In this document: piece after piece, positions 25,523 to 27,607 of the stretch | Position numbering within the stretch: position 1 is the stretch's first letter | Layout of the letters: the number at the start of each line of letters is the position of its first letter | From: an uncultured archaeon | Lineage (GTDB): Archaea; Iainarchaeota; Iainarchaeia; Iainarchaeales; CSSED10-239 | Direction: 5' to 3' | NCBI GenBank assembly: GCA_964496765.1 | Contig: CAZCAP010000009.1 | Coordinates: 2,741 to 30,347, forward strand | DNA: 27,607 bases | The notes under the pieces: model-generated | What the model was told of the DNA's origin: nothing | The model's input: only the letters and a program-made list of their open reading frames with translations | The model's database searches: none | Translations under genes and position numbers: made by a program

Positions 25523-26584
25523 TTAATTAACATTATCTGAGGCATTTGTTTTTTTACCTAAAAGCACCTTATCCAGTAATCTCTTTGTTAATGGATCATT
25601 AAAAAAATCTTCAAATGTGAAACATTCATAAAAATGCTCAAGCAGTTCTTTGAATCTTTCTATTTCTTTGTTAAGGCCAAATGAAAAATTAAATTGAAGC
25701 TCTTCTAAATTTAAATTGTTTTTAATATAGTATTCCCTTATTGTTGTTTTGTAGTTATTAATCGCCATAATGTCCCAAAAAGTACCAAACAATTCAAAAT
25801 ATATATTTCTTATCTTATAATCTAACTTTGTTTTATCTAATCTTTCAAAATATATTAAAAAATCATGATAATCATCAGTTATTTTACTTAATTCTTTTGA
25901 ATAGGGTTTATATTCAGTAAATTTTTCGAAATTATCAACTAAATACTTTGTATTCCATTTTAGTAGGTTTTCAAGCATCTCATCTTTTAGTCTATAAAGC
26001 TTATTGAAATCAGAATTTCCTGATTCATATTGTTTTTTTCTAATTTGTTTTGATGAAAGAACAACATTCTCATTTATTAAATCATAAATTTGCTTGTCTG
26101 ATAATATAGTTGAAAACTCCGTATTTTTTATTGATAATTCAATATAATTTATACTTGGATCATATGCAACTGGAACAATTTGCCCATACTTATACCACAC
26201 AACTGGTAATCCCAAACTTAATTTATTGTTTATTTCAACAAGTTGCTTTTGCATTTGTGTTTTAGTTGGTTTTCTTCCTGTTGCCTTAAACCAATAATCC
26301 TCTATTTTGGAGAAAAGATAATTTATCATATCTCTATGTTCTTTCTTGATATTTAGATTAAAATAAATATCTGATTTTTTGTTTGTGAAATTACAAAATA
26401 TATCAGATATTGCATATTTATTATCATCCATTGAAAGAATTTTATCTTTTGCTAGACTTAGAACTATTCTTTTAACAGTTTCTTTATGGATACCTGTATC
26501 TTCTGAAATCTTATCAATCGTAGTCCAAGAATTAGTTGTGATATATAATATCACCTTATTTACATTATCTAGTCCCATCTCCAC
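25523..26584 (-). CDS. N-terminal winged-HTH protein of unknown function
   Basis: VILYITTNSWTTIDKISEDTGIHKETVKRIVLSLAKDKILSMDDNKYAIS followed by about 280 aa helical-rich region. Confidence 0.65.
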   Translation of the reverse strand: MEMGLDNVNKVILYITTNSWTTIDKISEDTGIHKETVKRIVLSLAKDKILSMDDNKYAISDIFCNFTNKKSDIYFNLNIKKEHRDMINYLFSKIEDYWFKATGRKPTKTQMQKQLVEINNKLSLGLPVVWYKYGQIVPVAYDPSINYIELSIKNTEFSTILSDKQIYDLINENVVLSSKQIRKKQYESGNSDFNKLYRLKDEMLENLLKWNTKYLVDNFEKFTEYKPYSKELSKITDDYHDFLIYFERLDKTKLDYKIRNIYFELFGTFWDIMAINNYKTTIREYYIKNNLNLEELQFNFSFGLNKEIERFKELLEHFYECFTFEDFFNDPLTKRLLDKVLLGKKTNASDNVN

Positions 26585-26718
26585 ACATCCTCAGACATAA
26601 TATATACACCTACAAGTATATAAATGTATCATTATATAATTACATATAAATATAAAAGTGTGTTAAATAGCCGAAATATTTAAATATAAGGTATGTAGTA
26701 TTATATGTGGTGAACGAT

Positions 26719-27291
26719 ATGTCAGACTCAATAAATATAATCAGAAAAATAATACAAAAGGAAGAAGAAATTGTACTGGACACAAATTTTTACATATTTA
26801 ACTATGAGTATCAGATGAATCTATACAATGCATTTGATCTTAAGGCAACAAACAAACTAAAACTCGTTACCAAGGTATTTATGTACCTTGAGGAAAAAGA
26901 GATAAAGGTAAGATTACCAAAAATAATAGCAGATGAAATAAAGAAGGTATTCTCAGATAATAAATACCAATATTCTGAAGAAATTATTTTTGGAAGGTTA
27001 AATATAATAAGAGACAAAAAAGAGATTGATTTGGAAGATAATAAAATAGTGAACAAGTTATTCAACGAAAACAAACTAGCTTATGAAGATACAAACGATT
27101 TTAGGATTTACTTGTATTGCTTAAGAGAGCAATTAAAATTAATAGTAACAGATGATTGGGATGATTTTAAGAATTGCCAGAAGATATACAGAAAAGAAGT
27201 AAAAACAGATACAACTAAACAACAAGAGATTAGTATATTAAGCCAAACTGAATTCAATGAATATATAGAAAAGATTGAAGAAAAGAAATAA
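26719..27291 (+). CDS. PIN-like domain protein
   Basis: EEIVLDTNFYIFNYEY ... KIIADEIKKVF ... YEDTNDFRIYLYCLREQLKLIVTDDWDDF; acidic-residue spacing of a PIN fold. Start moved from GTG 26707 to ATG 26719 (GGTGA SD upstream). Confidence 0.65.
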   Translation: MSDSINIIRKIIQKEEEIVLDTNFYIFNYEYQMNLYNAFDLKATNKLKLVTKVFMYLEEKEIKVRLPKIIADEIKKVFSDNKYQYSEEIIFGRLNIIRDKKEIDLEDNKIVNKLFNENKLAYEDTNDFRIYLYCLREQLKLIVTDDWDDFKNCQKIYRKEVKTDTTKQQEISILSQTEFNEYIEKIEEKK

Positions 27292-27326
27292 AATTAAGAA
27301 GCATAACAAACAAGAGGGGGATATAT

Positions 27327-27530
27327 ATGGGATTAATAGATAATGAAAATAAAGTTGGTATCACTGTACTTGGAATAATTTATCTGGCTGCATTAGGTAT
27401 AGTACTTACTGATCAATTTACAACAATTAAATTTGGAACTATAGGAATAATATCATGGATAGTTTTTATTCTAGGGACACTAGCATTTATTGTATGGGCA
27501 ATAATGACAATTATTTCATATATAAGATAA
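27327..27530 (+). CDS. small two-TM membrane protein (67 aa)
   Basis: VGITVLGIIYLAALGIVLTDQFTTIKFGTIGIISWIVFILGTLAFIVWAIMTIISYI. Confidence 0.65.
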   Translation: MGLIDNENKVGITVLGIIYLAALGIVLTDQFTTIKFGTIGIISWIVFILGTLAFIVWAIMTIISYIR

Positions 27531-27607
27531 CTTCTTTGACTCGTTATTCTCCTATCAGTATCCTTATCCCCTCCATCTCTTTAAACTTACTTTTCACAAG
27601 CCATACA

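Noticed and set aside
26585-26706. Possible structured RNA in the divergent intergenic region
   Set aside because: Only short AT palindromes consistent with promoters; no extended stem found by eye.
1-27607. CRISPR array or classical transposase
   Set aside because: No regularly spaced repeats and no transposase or integrase motifs seen. The only significant direct repeats are the two pairs at 19.7-22.1 kb.

Overview
AT-rich archaeal chromosomal segment. The gene content suggests a DPANN-type genome, which is inference. The core is ordinary: SmAP/LSm, MinD-like ATPase, TIGR00288/NYN protein, NreA-like protein, GlcNAc-1-P transferase family, AglB/STT3, 5S rRNA (unannotated, minus strand), TBP, L21e-RpoF-DUF655-KsgA cluster, AMP phosphorylase, thioredoxin, UppP, DUF457-like protein, tRNA-Ser(CGA) and a HerA-like ATPase. 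Two accessory areas stand out. (1) About 8.9-11.0 kb holds a compact minus-strand cassette. It consists of a previously uncalled 41-aa peptide ORF with its own TATA-like element and a GGTGAT Shine-Dalgarno, then a radical SAM protein with a nearly canonical SPASM cysteine pattern, then a translationally coupled 77-aa protein. This is the best candidate for an undescribed RiPP/peptide-maturation-like system. (2) About 19.1-22.3 kb is a mosaic next to tRNA-Ser. A RelE-like/winged-helix toxin-antitoxin-like pair is flanked by perfect 39-bp direct repeats derived from the 3' end of a HAD gene. A second interlocked 42-bp direct repeat (2 mismatches) flanks a degenerate HAD-like gene and an ORF6N-PLD-like gene. 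Other points of interest are a MinD/putative roadblock/DUF2226/NYN gene cluster, two HAD-like proteins with eroded catalytic motif I, and an NreA-like protein lacking its N-terminal zinc finger. All calls come from reading the sequence; no database search was run.
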